NCBI GenBank assembly: GCA_965223415.1
Contig: OZ245002.1
Coordinates: 3,584,001-3,648,000 of the forward strand
From: Myxococcota bacterium
GTDB lineage: Bacteria > Myxococcota_A > UBA9160 > UBA6930
Reading direction: 5' to 3'
Length of the DNA stretch: 64,000 nt
Positions 39,143 through 48,660 of the stretch are shown here, piece after piece; position 1 is the stretch's first letter, and each line of letters opens with the position of its first letter. Below the pieces are notes generated by a model, which saw only the letters and a program-made list of their open reading frames with translations, searched no databases and was not told where the DNA came from. The position numbers and the translations under genes are program-made.

Positions 39143-39922
39143 CTAGCCCCGGGCCACCTGCGCCATGGCGGCGAGGGCGATCTCGATGCACTGGCCCATG
39201 TTGCGGTCGAGGTCGATCTCGGCGGGGCCGGGCCAGGGCGTGCGATCCGACACGACGCAGATGCAGCCGGCCCGCACGCCGAAGAGCCCGGCCAGGGTCA
39301 GGAGCACGCCACTTTCCATCTCGCAGTTCTGCACCCGGGCCGAGCGCAGGTCGGCAATGCGGTTCGGGTGATCGGCCGTCCAGTAGTCGCCGACGCTCAT
39401 CGAGCCCATGCCGCCGCTCTCGGTGAGCACGGCGTTGCGCATGTAGAAGGCGTCGAGGCTCCAGGTGATGCCGGCCCGGCAGCGGGCGCCGCGCTCCCGC
39501 GCCGCGGCCAGGAGCGCGCCGACGATCTCGTGGTCGGCGACCGCCGGGTACTCGGGCAGCACGTAGCTCCGGCTCGTGCCGTCGTCGCGCACGGAGCCGG
39601 TGGTCACGACCAGGTCGCCGAGCTCCAGGTCCGGCGCCAGGCCGCCGCTGTTGCCGATCCGCAGGAACGTGTGGACGCCCAGCTTCACCAGCTCTTCCAC
39701 CAGGATGGCCGTGCTCGGGGCGCCGATGCCGGTCGATGCCGCGGCCATGGGAATTTCACCCCATTTTCCGGTGACGACGCGATACTCCCGGACGTTGCAC
39801 ACCTCCGCGGCGTCCTCCCAGCCCGCGCTGATCCGGTCGATGCGGGCCGGGTCGCCGCACAGGAAGGCATGGGGCGGCACCTGGCCGGGGGTGAGACCGG
39901 TGATGGGTTGGGCGTCACTCAC
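39143..39922 (-). CDS. Nucleoside (uridine) phosphorylase
   Basis: CGDPAR, REY, STGIGAPS, RIGNSGG, RDDGTS, EMES. Confidence 0.9.
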   Translation of the reverse strand: MSDAQPITGLTPGQVPPHAFLCGDPARIDRISAGWEDAAEVCNVREYRVVTGKWGEIPMAAASTGIGAPSTAILVEELVKLGVHTFLRIGNSGGLAPDLELGDLVVTTGSVRDDGTSRSYVLPEYPAVADHEIVGALLAAARERGARCRAGITWSLDAFYMRNAVLTESGGMGSMSVGDYWTADHPNRIADLRSARVQNCEMESGVLLTLAGLFGVRAGCICVVSDRTPWPGPAEIDLDRNMGQCIEIALAAMAQVARG

Positions 39923-40211
39923 GATGGGGCCTCCTGCTGGGGTCGAGCGGGCGGGAGGCTGGCCGACGGGCCGGCTCGCCGCAACCCGGCGGTCCCGGGT
40001 AGGGGCCCGAAACGACACCGCAATTCGCCCGCCCGGCGCCCGGTCGAGGCGGGCCGCACTCAAGTTTTGGGGGCGAGGCCCCGACCGGGGGGCCCGAACC
40101 CGAACTTGTCACTCCCGGGGCCTCGGGCTAAGGGTGGCCCGCCCCCAACAGGACCGAACGCACTCATAGAGAGGGGAGCCCCGAGGGGTAGGGGCCGAGA
40201 GGACGCAGCCG

Positions 40212-43028
40212 GTGGCGAAGGCGCTGATCATCACCGAGAAGCCGAGCGTGGCCCGCGACATCGCCGAGGCCCTCGGCGGCTTCAGCGAGGAAGACGGCTA
40301 CTGGGAGAGCGACGACAAGGTGGTCACCTTCGCGGTGGGCCACCTGTTCGAGCTGCCGCCGCCCGAAGAGGTAGACGAGAAGTACAAGCGCTGGACCCTC
40401 GACGTCCTCCCGATCATCCCCGAGTCGTTCTCCCTCAAGAAGAAGAAGGGGCAGAGCGACCGCATCCGCACCATCCAGAAGCTGGTGCAGCGCGACGACG
40501 TCGACCGGGTCGTGAACGCCTGCGACGCCGGCCGCGAGGGCGAGCTGATCTTCCGCGAGGTGGTGAAGTTCCTGGGCGTCGAGAAGCCGATCGATCGGCT
40601 CTGGCTCCAGTCGATGACGGCGAACGCCATCCGCCAGGGCTTCGAGCAGCTGATCCCGGGAAGCGAGATGGAGGGCCTCGCCCAGGCCGCCGAGTGCCGG
40701 GCCTGGAGCGACTGGCTGATCGGGATGAACGCCACCCGCGCGCTCACCAAGCGCTTCGCCAGCCGCAAGGAGCGCACCGCCTGGTCCGCCGGCCGCGTGC
40801 AGACGCCGACCCTGGCGCTCCTCGTCGAGCGGGAGCTCGTCGTGCTGGCCCACGTGCCCGTCCCCTACTGGAAGGTGGAGGCGACGTTCCAACACGGCGC
40901 CGAGACCTATACGGCCACCTGGTACGACCCGGCCTTCGAGGCCGGCGACGACGACCAGAAGAAGGACGACCGGATCTTCGACGAGGCCCGGGCCCAGGCC
41001 GTCGTCGAGGCGGCGCGCGGCGGCGCCGGCACGGCCAGCGAGACGCGCAAGCCCTCGCGGGAGAGCGCGCCGCCGCTCTTCGACCTCACGAGCCTCCAGC
41101 GCGAAGGCAACCGCCGCTTCGGCTGGAGCGCGCGCCGAGCCCTCTCCGCGGCCCAGCGCTGCTACGAGGGACACAAGATCCTCACCTACCCGCGGACCGA
41201 CTCGCGCTGCCTGCCGAGCGACTACCGCGCCACCGTCGACGAGGTGCTACGGAGCTTCGCGGGCCAGAGCGAGGGCCCGGGCGCCGAGTTCTCCGAGGGG
41301 GCGGCCCGCCTCCTGCGCGACGGTCTCCAGAACGACAAGAAGATCTTCGACGACACCGGCGTGTCCGATCACTTCGCCATCATCCCCACCGGCAGCGCGC
41401 CCCGCGGCGAGCTCTCCGGCGACGACAAGCGGCTCTACGACCTGGTGGTGCGACGCTTCCTGGGCGCCTTCCACCCGCCCGCGCTGTGGGAGCGCGTCGA
41501 GCGCACCACCGTCGTGGAGGGCGAGTACTTCCGCACCCGGGCCCGCGCCCTGATGGAGCCAGGCTGGCGCGCCGTGCTGCCGCCGGCCCAGGAAGAGGGG
41601 GACAGTTCGCCGCTCTCGCCCCTGGCCCCGGGCGAGAACGATGCCAGCGGCGTGGCCGTGGCGACGAGCGAGGTGGAAGCCAGTGCCGAGGAGACCAAGC
41701 CGCCCGCCCGCATCAGCGAGGCGCGCCTCCTCTCGCTGATGGAGAACGCGGGCCGCCAGGTCGACGACGAGAACCTGGCCGCCGTGCTCCACGAGAAAGG
41801 CATCGGCACGCCTGCGACCCGCGCGGAGATCATCGAGAACCTGATCCGCAAGGGCTACGTGGTGCGCGTCGGCAAGGCGCTGCGTCCGAGCGTGAAGGGC
41901 ATCCGACTGATCGACAGCCTCAACCGGCTCTCGATCGATCGCCTGGCCTCGCCCGCCCTGACCGGCGAGCTCGAGCAGCACCTGCAGGAGGTCGAGCGCG
42001 GGGAGCGCACCGCCGCCCAGTTCATGGAAGAGATCGAGAGCTACGCGAAGGAGGTGGTCGAGCGGGCCAAGACCTTCGACTACGACGAGCTCTACGGAAA
42101 CGACGAGCCGATCGGAAGCTGCCCCTACAGCGGGCGGCCGGTGGTCGAGCAGGCCTGGTTCTACACCTGCGAGAAGGACCCGGACCTGCCCCGGGACGCC
42201 AAGGCCGACGAGAGCTGCCCCCACGAGAGCTGCCCCCTCCTGCTCTGGAAGGACACCTCCGGGCGCTACCTCGACAAGGCCGCCGCCCAGGCCATCCTGA
42301 AGGATGGGCAGACCGGCATCCTCGACGGCTTCACCGCCCGCAACGGCCGCACCTACAAGGGCCACCTGGAGCTGGACCGCGAGGAAGGCAAGGTCAAGGT
42401 CGTCAGCGAGGGCTGGAACGAGGAGAGCGCCAGCGACGTCCCTGAGTACGAGGTGAACACGGAGCCCCTCGGTCGCTGCCCCTTCAACGAAGACTGCGAG
42501 ATCATCGAGACGGCGACCCACTACACGTGTCCGAAGCGGCTCAAGGACGAGGAGCTGACCGCGGCCTTCAAGGCGGCGAAGAAGGCGGCCAAGGCCGCCG
42601 GTGAGCCGGCCCCCGAGAAGCCCGAGACGCCGGACCACTGCGGCTTCGTCTTTCCGCGCACCGTGTGCAAGCGGGAGATCACCCGGGACGAGGCCCAGTA
42701 CTACCTGGCCCACGGCAAGACCGAGCTGCTGACCGATTTCACCTCGCGCTTCGGCCGGCCCTTCTCCGCCACCCTGGTGCTGAAGGAGAACGGACGCCAC
42801 GGCTTCGAGTTCCCGCCGCGCGGCAAGAAGGCCGAGGGAGCGAGCGAAGGTGAGGCCAAGACCCCTCGCCGCAAGACCACGAAGAAGAAGACGACGCGGA
42901 AGAAGACCGGGGCGAAGACCACCCGGAAGAAGGTCGCCGCCAAGGCCACGCGCAAGAAGACGGCGCGCAAGGCCACCAAGAAGGCGACCCGCAAGAAGAC
43001 CGCGCGCAAGAAGCCCGAGCCGAGCTGA
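40212..43028 (+). CDS. topB: DNA topoisomerase III with C-terminal repeats and Lys-rich tail
   Basis: ITEKPSVA, NACDAGREGELIF, GMNATRA, GRVQTPTL, LTYPRTDS, GIGTPATRA, C-terminal FTARNGRTY/FTSRFGRPFSA repeats. Confidence 0.92.
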   Translation: MAKALIITEKPSVARDIAEALGGFSEEDGYWESDDKVVTFAVGHLFELPPPEEVDEKYKRWTLDVLPIIPESFSLKKKKGQSDRIRTIQKLVQRDDVDRVVNACDAGREGELIFREVVKFLGVEKPIDRLWLQSMTANAIRQGFEQLIPGSEMEGLAQAAECRAWSDWLIGMNATRALTKRFASRKERTAWSAGRVQTPTLALLVERELVVLAHVPVPYWKVEATFQHGAETYTATWYDPAFEAGDDDQKKDDRIFDEARAQAVVEAARGGAGTASETRKPSRESAPPLFDLTSLQREGNRRFGWSARRALSAAQRCYEGHKILTYPRTDSRCLPSDYRATVDEVLRSFAGQSEGPGAEFSEGAARLLRDGLQNDKKIFDDTGVSDHFAIIPTGSAPRGELSGDDKRLYDLVVRRFLGAFHPPALWERVERTTVVEGEYFRTRARALMEPGWRAVLPPAQEEGDSSPLSPLAPGENDASGVAVATSEVEASAEETKPPARISEARLLSLMENAGRQVDDENLAAVLHEKGIGTPATRAEIIENLIRKGYVVRVGKALRPSVKGIRLIDSLNRLSIDRLASPALTGELEQHLQEVERGERTAAQFMEEIESYAKEVVERAKTFDYDELYGNDEPIGSCPYSGRPVVEQAWFYTCEKDPDLPRDAKADESCPHESCPLLLWKDTSGRYLDKAAAQAILKDGQTGILDGFTARNGRTYKGHLELDREEGKVKVVSEGWNEESASDVPEYEVNTEPLGRCPFNEDCEIIETATHYTCPKRLKDEELTAAFKAAKKAAKAAGEPAPEKPETPDHCGFVFPRTVCKREITRDEAQYYLAHGKTELLTDFTSRFGRPFSATLVLKENGRHGFEFPPRGKKAEGASEGEAKTPRRKTTKKKTTRKKTGAKTTRKKVAAKATRKKTARKATKKATRKKTARKKPEPS

Positions 43029-43338
43029 CCGCCTCCGGCTCCCCCCGCCCCCACCCCGCGGGGTAACCCCGGGGAATTTCTCTTGTCTTCGCAGGTGGTT
43101 CGGCGTATACATGCCACTTGCCGAGCCCGGGGTGAGAGTGGCAGGGATGCCACGCTGCCACACCGAGCTGGGGCGGACCGACCCGAATGGGTCGACCGCA
43201 GCGGTGTTAGGGGGAAAGCGCACCGGACGTTCGGTTCGAGTTGTTCGACGCAAGTCGACGTTGCAGAAGGTCGGTAGACGCGATGTCTCCGGCGGTGGCG
43301 TAAGCGCAGCACGGACGGTCCGGGCATCAGGAGGGGTC

Positions 43339-46300
43339 ATGCAGGGAGCTTTTGCGGCTCGCCGGACGCGCGGTGTCGTCGCCGCGATTCTGCTCGTCAT
43401 GGTGTCGATGCCGTCGGCGGCGATCGATCTCTGGGACGGCAAGATCGAAATCCACGGCTTCTACGAGCAGCAGATCCGCTCGATCTGGGACGACTTCAGC
43501 GGCGCGGACGACTGGGACCTGACCCAGTGGTACCACGTGCTGAACCTCGAGATCGAAGCCGACATCGCACCCGACGGTTTCGGTCCCTTCGACCTGGTGG
43601 GCGCCTTCGCCCGCGTCGAGGCCCGCTTCGACTGCGTGTGGCGGCGGGGCTGCTGGATGTTCCCCAACGTCGACGTCTACGGCGATCGCCCCGGGCGGCT
43701 CCCCCGACGCATCCAGAGCGGTCGCGAGAGCGGCTATAGCGGCACCCAGTTCACCGGCGACGTGCGGCGGCCGGTGCCGGACAATATCCCCGGTGCGGCC
43801 TTCCGTTACCGGAACACCGTGGTCCCCGGCTCCCGGATCGCCACCAACGCGGCCGAGAACAACTACCTGAACGCGTTCTTCGGGGCGAGCGCCGGCTTCG
43901 ACGGCGTGATCGACCCCACTTTCCCCGACGCCGACAGCGACGACCCGGCACAGCTCGTCTTCGCGAACCTCGGTGAGTGCCTGTTCGCGAGCAACCGCAC
44001 CCGCGGCCCCGTCGACGGCTTCGGCAACCGTACCCTCATCCACAACATCAAGTGCGAGATCGAGCCGATCAACGACGTGCGGGGCGTGCCGAACCCTTTC
44101 CGCTCCCGCGACTTCAACGAGCGCGTGCTCGGCGGCGCCGGCGGCGGCTCGGCGCTGCCGTTCCGGCCCGCACCCGAGGCCCGCTTCGACGCGGGCGCGC
44201 CGGACCACGTGCCCCACGGCCTCTGGTATCCGAACGAGCGGCTCCAGCAGGCTCTGAAGGACGGCGACTTCGACGCCTTCGACCAGAACTTCACCGTGAA
44301 CGAGCTGCAGTGGAACCGCGGTGCCTCCCAGCAGGACGAGAAGGAGCTGAAGGAGGCCTACCTCGAGCTCGAGATGTTCGACAGCCGGCTGTGGATGAGG
44401 ATCGGCAAGCAGAACATCATCTGGGGCAAGACCGAGCTCTTCAGCACCACCGACCAGCTGAATCCGCGGGACCTGGCCCTCGCCTCCCTGCCCACCCTCG
44501 AGGAGAGCCGCATCGCCCAGTGGGCGTTCCGCGCGGTCTACTCCTTCTACGAAGTGGGCCCCTTCGAGGACGTGCGCGCCGAGGTGGCGCTGATCTTCGA
44601 CCAGTTCGAGCCCAATGACATCGGGCGCTGCGGCGAGCCCTACTCGCCTCTCGTCGCCTGCGGAAAAACCTTCGGCCTGCTGAACCACGGCCAGAACGCC
44701 ATTGGCCTGGCCGGCGAGATCCGCCCGCCGAACCCGTGGAACAGCTGGAAGGGCATCGACATCGGCGGACGCATCGAGTGGCGCTACGACCGCTTCTCCT
44801 TCGCGCTGACCGACTTCTACGGCTACAGCGACCTGGCCTACGCCGATTTGCTGTTCACCTACAGCCGGAACGTCGATCCGAAGAGCGGTCGTCCGCGCCA
44901 CACGAACACCACCGGCAGCTGCCGGACAGGCAGCGAGGACGCGTGTCTCACCACTGACAACGTGCTGCTTCGCCACAGCGCCAACCAGACGGCCTTTGCC
45001 TGGGTCTGTGCCGGCACGGTTGCCGTCTCCGCCCTCGACCCGGCGTCCTGTGCTCAGACGATTTTCAACAGCCAGGTCGTTCCCCCGCCGCCCGCATTCC
45101 TTCCGATCTCGTCGACCTTCTCTGTCATCGGCGCCGGCGACAATGCGAACCCCTTCGGCCTGGGCAGCAGTGTGTTCTGGTATGGCCTTGGCGGTCTGAC
45201 GGGCGTCAACGGCCCCGCCGCCCCCTTCACCGGGACTGCGGCCGCGATCGCGGCCAACGCACCGTTCGCCGTCACCTTCTTCGACGCGGCCACCTTCACC
45301 AACTTCGTGCCGACGATGCTGGTACCGCTGAACGCGGGCCCCAACGACGGGCCTGCCGCGACGACGGCCCTGTTCCCCGCTTCGACCCTGGCGAACATCC
45401 CGAACGTGGGATTCGCCAACGCGGCTCTCGCGTCGGGCCTCTCGTCCTTCCTGACCAACGAGCAGGAGGCACTGCTCGGGTGTGGTCCGTTCTACGGGAC
45501 GAACTGCGACATCCACGGGATCGACTTCCTCAACATGGACGCCAGTGTGTTCTTCGAGTCGTGGCCCGGCGTCCAGGGCACCTTCCTGCCCGGAGGTGCC
45601 ATCTGGGACGCCGCCGACGCCAGCCGCCCGCAGCCCGGTACCCGGGGCTTCATCGGCGAGGTCGTCGGCTACGCCGGCGGCGGATGCACCCTGCCCGGCA
45701 GCCGGGGGCCCGGTGAGCCCTGCTACGACCCGCGGGTCGACGGCTCGCCCGGCGGCGCCGTGCACCCGATCACGGGTCAGCCCTGGCGCAGCGAGATGTC
45801 GATCGTGTCCTGGAACTTCCTGATGGCGCTGGTGGCCCTGAGCCAGGGCGAGCAGGGCACCACCTTCACGCGGGACGACTCGACACGGGCCGACGTGTTC
45901 AACCCGAACCAGCCGTTCCGGACCAATGGCTGCTCCTTCCGCCAGCCGATCTGGTGCTCGAGCGTGAAGGGCCTGCTCGGTCTCTCCGGCGTGACGCGCA
46001 AGAGCATCAAGGCGGGGGGAAACGGGCGCTTCGGTCGCCGCCAGTTCCTCTGGCACGGCGGCAGTGATCTCGTGCTCCGCTACGAGAAGCGCAACGTGCT
46101 CGGCTTCTCGATGGACTTCGCCGAGGACACGACCAAGTCGAACTGGAGCTTCGAGTTCACCTGGCAGGAGGGTGTGCCGAGCGCCGACGCCGACGAGTTC
46201 GACGGCAACTCCGAGATCGACACCTTCAACCTGACCATCTCGGCGGACCGGCCGACGTTCATCAACTTCCTGAACGCCAACCGGACCTTCTTCTTCAACA

Positions 46301-46686
46301 CCCAGTGGTTCTTCCAGTACATCGAGGACTACAAGCAGAGCCACACCCGGACCGGCCCGTGGAACGCGTTCTTCACATTCACCGTCTCGACGGGCTACTT
46401 CCAGGACCGGCTGCTGCCGTCCATGACCTTCGTGTACGACGTCCACTCGAACTCGGGGGCCTGGCTCCCCCAGGTGACCTACCGGTTCACCGAGAACTTC
46501 TCGGCGAGCTTCGGTCTGGGCGTCTTCGCGGGCCGTTGGAAGGAGTTCGACGCTCCGATCAACTCTCCGGGCGCGGGTGCTGACAACCGGGTGGGCAAGG
46601 ACGCCAACAGCCAGTTCGGCGAAGCGGGCCTCTCGGCGGTGCGCGAGCGGGACGAGATCTTCATGCGTCTCCGCTACACCTTCTAG
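43339..46686 (+). CDS. Very large DUF1302-family outer-membrane beta-barrel protein
   Basis: Signal peptide, LKEAYL..RIGKQNIIWGKTELF, NVLGFSMD, ADRPTFI, terminal RYTF; 1115 aa. Confidence 0.8.
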   Translation: MQGAFAARRTRGVVAAILLVMVSMPSAAIDLWDGKIEIHGFYEQQIRSIWDDFSGADDWDLTQWYHVLNLEIEADIAPDGFGPFDLVGAFARVEARFDCVWRRGCWMFPNVDVYGDRPGRLPRRIQSGRESGYSGTQFTGDVRRPVPDNIPGAAFRYRNTVVPGSRIATNAAENNYLNAFFGASAGFDGVIDPTFPDADSDDPAQLVFANLGECLFASNRTRGPVDGFGNRTLIHNIKCEIEPINDVRGVPNPFRSRDFNERVLGGAGGGSALPFRPAPEARFDAGAPDHVPHGLWYPNERLQQALKDGDFDAFDQNFTVNELQWNRGASQQDEKELKEAYLELEMFDSRLWMRIGKQNIIWGKTELFSTTDQLNPRDLALASLPTLEESRIAQWAFRAVYSFYEVGPFEDVRAEVALIFDQFEPNDIGRCGEPYSPLVACGKTFGLLNHGQNAIGLAGEIRPPNPWNSWKGIDIGGRIEWRYDRFSFALTDFYGYSDLAYADLLFTYSRNVDPKSGRPRHTNTTGSCRTGSEDACLTTDNVLLRHSANQTAFAWVCAGTVAVSALDPASCAQTIFNSQVVPPPPAFLPISSTFSVIGAGDNANPFGLGSSVFWYGLGGLTGVNGPAAPFTGTAAAIAANAPFAVTFFDAATFTNFVPTMLVPLNAGPNDGPAATTALFPASTLANIPNVGFANAALASGLSSFLTNEQEALLGCGPFYGTNCDIHGIDFLNMDASVFFESWPGVQGTFLPGGAIWDAADASRPQPGTRGFIGEVVGYAGGGCTLPGSRGPGEPCYDPRVDGSPGGAVHPITGQPWRSEMSIVSWNFLMALVALSQGEQGTTFTRDDSTRADVFNPNQPFRTNGCSFRQPIWCSSVKGLLGLSGVTRKSIKAGGNGRFGRRQFLWHGGSDLVLRYEKRNVLGFSMDFAEDTTKSNWSFEFTWQEGVPSADADEFDGNSEIDTFNLTISADRPTFINFLNANRTFFFNTQWFFQYIEDYKQSHTRTGPWNAFFTFTVSTGYFQDRLLPSMTFVYDVHSNSGAWLPQVTYRFTENFSASFGLGVFAGRWKEFDAPINSPGAGADNRVGKDANSQFGEAGLSAVRERDEIFMRLRYTF

Positions 46687-46710
46687 CCGAAGGGCTCGAG
46701 GACCCTACGG

Positions 46711-46748
46711 GGGCCCGGCGGGAGGGATCCTGCCGGGCCCTTCTCTTT
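46711..46748 (+). terminator. Rho-independent terminator after the DUF1302 gene
   Basis: GGGCCCGGCGGGA-loop-TCCTGCCGGGCCC followed by TTCTCTTT. Confidence 0.75.
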
Positions 46749-47107
46749 GCGGGACGTTTCGCGATGAGGCGTCTCTTGCCAGGCACCAGGGCGGGGGACG
46801 GGTGTCGCTGCTTCCGCTCCTCGGGCTTGGTAGGGCGTGGCGGGGCCGCTCTTGCCGAACGCGTCGGCACCGGGGCTCGAACCGGGGCCGCGGCCTCATC
46901 GGCAGTGACGCAGCCGCACGTCACCTGGGGCTGCGAGGTCTCCTGACGTCGCTACGCAGCGACACCCGCCCCCCGTCCCCGGGGCCGCCTCGGCGATGCG
47001 GCTCGCGGTGGGGTAGGGGACGTCTCGGTGCGTCGCTGCGGACGCATGGAAGTGGGGGATGGGGTGGGGGGCGTTGCGCGGCTTCGGGGTGGATTCCGCC
47101 GATCGGG

Positions 47108-48595
47108 CTAACGGCCCTTCATGAGCTCGTCGGTGGAGGTGAGCTTGCGGAGCTTGCCGGGATCGACGGGGACCGACTGGACGTCGTAGGACTCGCGGCG
47201 CCAGCCGGCGCCGCCGCCGGGGACGTAGTAGAAGACGGCGGCGACCGGGTCGAAGACGCGAGCGCGCTCGCCGCCGGGCCAGGCCGGGTAGCCGGCACGG
47301 TCGCCGCTGAAGCGGTGGACGAGGATGCCGATGTCGAGCAGGAAGCCGTTCTTGCGCTGGGAGATGAAGTAGAGGGGCTGCTGGGTCTGGACGTCGATCC
47401 AGAGGGTCACGGCGGCCACCTGGTCGATCACCTTGCGGGCGCGGCCGCGGATGACGACGGCGTAGCGCACGTCCCAGCGATCGCTCGCTACCGAGAGACC
47501 GGTGGGCCCGTAGTTGCGGTCGCCCTCGTTCGGCCAGCCCTCTTCCTCGCCGTTCAGGGGCGCGAGCACCTCGCGCATGCCGAGCAGGGTCCAGTCGTAG
47601 GCGTTCGGCCGCACGGCGAGGCCCGTGAAGCCCTTGCGGATGTCCTCGGTGGCGGCGAGCAGCAGGCCGGCGGTGGGTGCGATGGCCTCGATGGCGCCCG
47701 GCGTGAACTGGGTGCCCGGCTCGGTCACGAAGGGAACCGAGCCGCCGGCTCCTTCCACGCCGGAGACCGAGTAGCGCGGGGTGTAGATGCCGTCGGTCCA
47801 GGTGCTGGCGGCCCGGCGGGGCTTCCGGAGGTCCGGGACGTAGACGAAGGTGTCGTCGGGCTCGGTGTAGTCCTGGGCCGCCTCCCGGGGGCGGGCCTGG
47901 CGCCAGGCCAGGTGGCGGGCGTTGGTGGGCTCGGTGAAGCGCCCGCCGGCGACCCACTCGGTCTTGGTGCTCTCGGCGACCCGGTAGTCGCTGGCTACCA
48001 GGTCCGAGCGGTGGCCCGTCCGCACGATGTGCCACTCGCCCTCGTAGGTCTGGGGCGTGCCGATGCGGGACGGCATGTCGGTGAGCTGGAAGGTGCCGAC
48101 CGGGCCCGAGCCCCGGTAGCGGTGCTCGAAGTTCCAGGCCCAGCGCATGGCCGCGTCCTGGCTCTCCGGGTCGATCGTCTCGGGCGGGAAGGGCAGGCCC
48201 GCCACGTAGCCGCTCAGGTTGCCCTCGTCGTCGAGCTCCGACCGGCCGCGGAAGGCCTCGGTGGCCTCGCGGTAGAAGTCCGGCACCGGATAGCGCCGGT
48301 GGCAGAAGCCGATGGTCATGCGCATGCCTTCGTAGAAGAAGGCCTCCCGGTAGCTCCAGACCTCCTCCGGCAGGAGCTGCCGGAGGGAGAGCAGGTCCTC
48401 CAGGTTCAGCACCGCCCCCTCCTTCACGAGGGGGGTGCCGGAATCGATCTCAGGCTCACCGGAGGGAGCACCGGTGAAGTCCGGGCAGCGCCCCTCCGGG
48501 GGCAGACCGCTGACGTCGCCGGGGGCGGCCGATCCGGTGAGCAGCAGGACGACGGTCGAGGTGGCGACCAGCCACGGGCGGGGAGCAATGTGCAT
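47108..48595 (-). CDS. DUF1329-family exported protein (LolA-like fold)
   Basis: AGLPFP..DP..AAMRWAWNF, DDTFVYVPDLRKPRR, YDWTLLGMREVLAP, WIDVQT. Confidence 0.8.
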   Translation of the reverse strand: MHIAPRPWLVATSTVVLLLTGSAAPGDVSGLPPEGRCPDFTGAPSGEPEIDSGTPLVKEGAVLNLEDLLSLRQLLPEEVWSYREAFFYEGMRMTIGFCHRRYPVPDFYREATEAFRGRSELDDEGNLSGYVAGLPFPPETIDPESQDAAMRWAWNFEHRYRGSGPVGTFQLTDMPSRIGTPQTYEGEWHIVRTGHRSDLVASDYRVAESTKTEWVAGGRFTEPTNARHLAWRQARPREAAQDYTEPDDTFVYVPDLRKPRRAASTWTDGIYTPRYSVSGVEGAGGSVPFVTEPGTQFTPGAIEAIAPTAGLLLAATEDIRKGFTGLAVRPNAYDWTLLGMREVLAPLNGEEEGWPNEGDRNYGPTGLSVASDRWDVRYAVVIRGRARKVIDQVAAVTLWIDVQTQQPLYFISQRKNGFLLDIGILVHRFSGDRAGYPAWPGGERARVFDPVAAVFYYVPGGGAGWRRESYDVQSVPVDPGKLRKLTSTDELMKGR

Positions 48596-48660
48596 GAGGG
48601 GCCTCCGAGGGTCGGCAGAGTCTAACTCCGCTACACGTTCAGGGAGCCCATGGAGGCCCC

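Noticed and set aside
46861..46930. tRNA on the minus strand (GGTTCGAGCCCC T-loop-like motif)
   Set aside because: T stem is mismatched and no acceptor or anticodon stems can be formed
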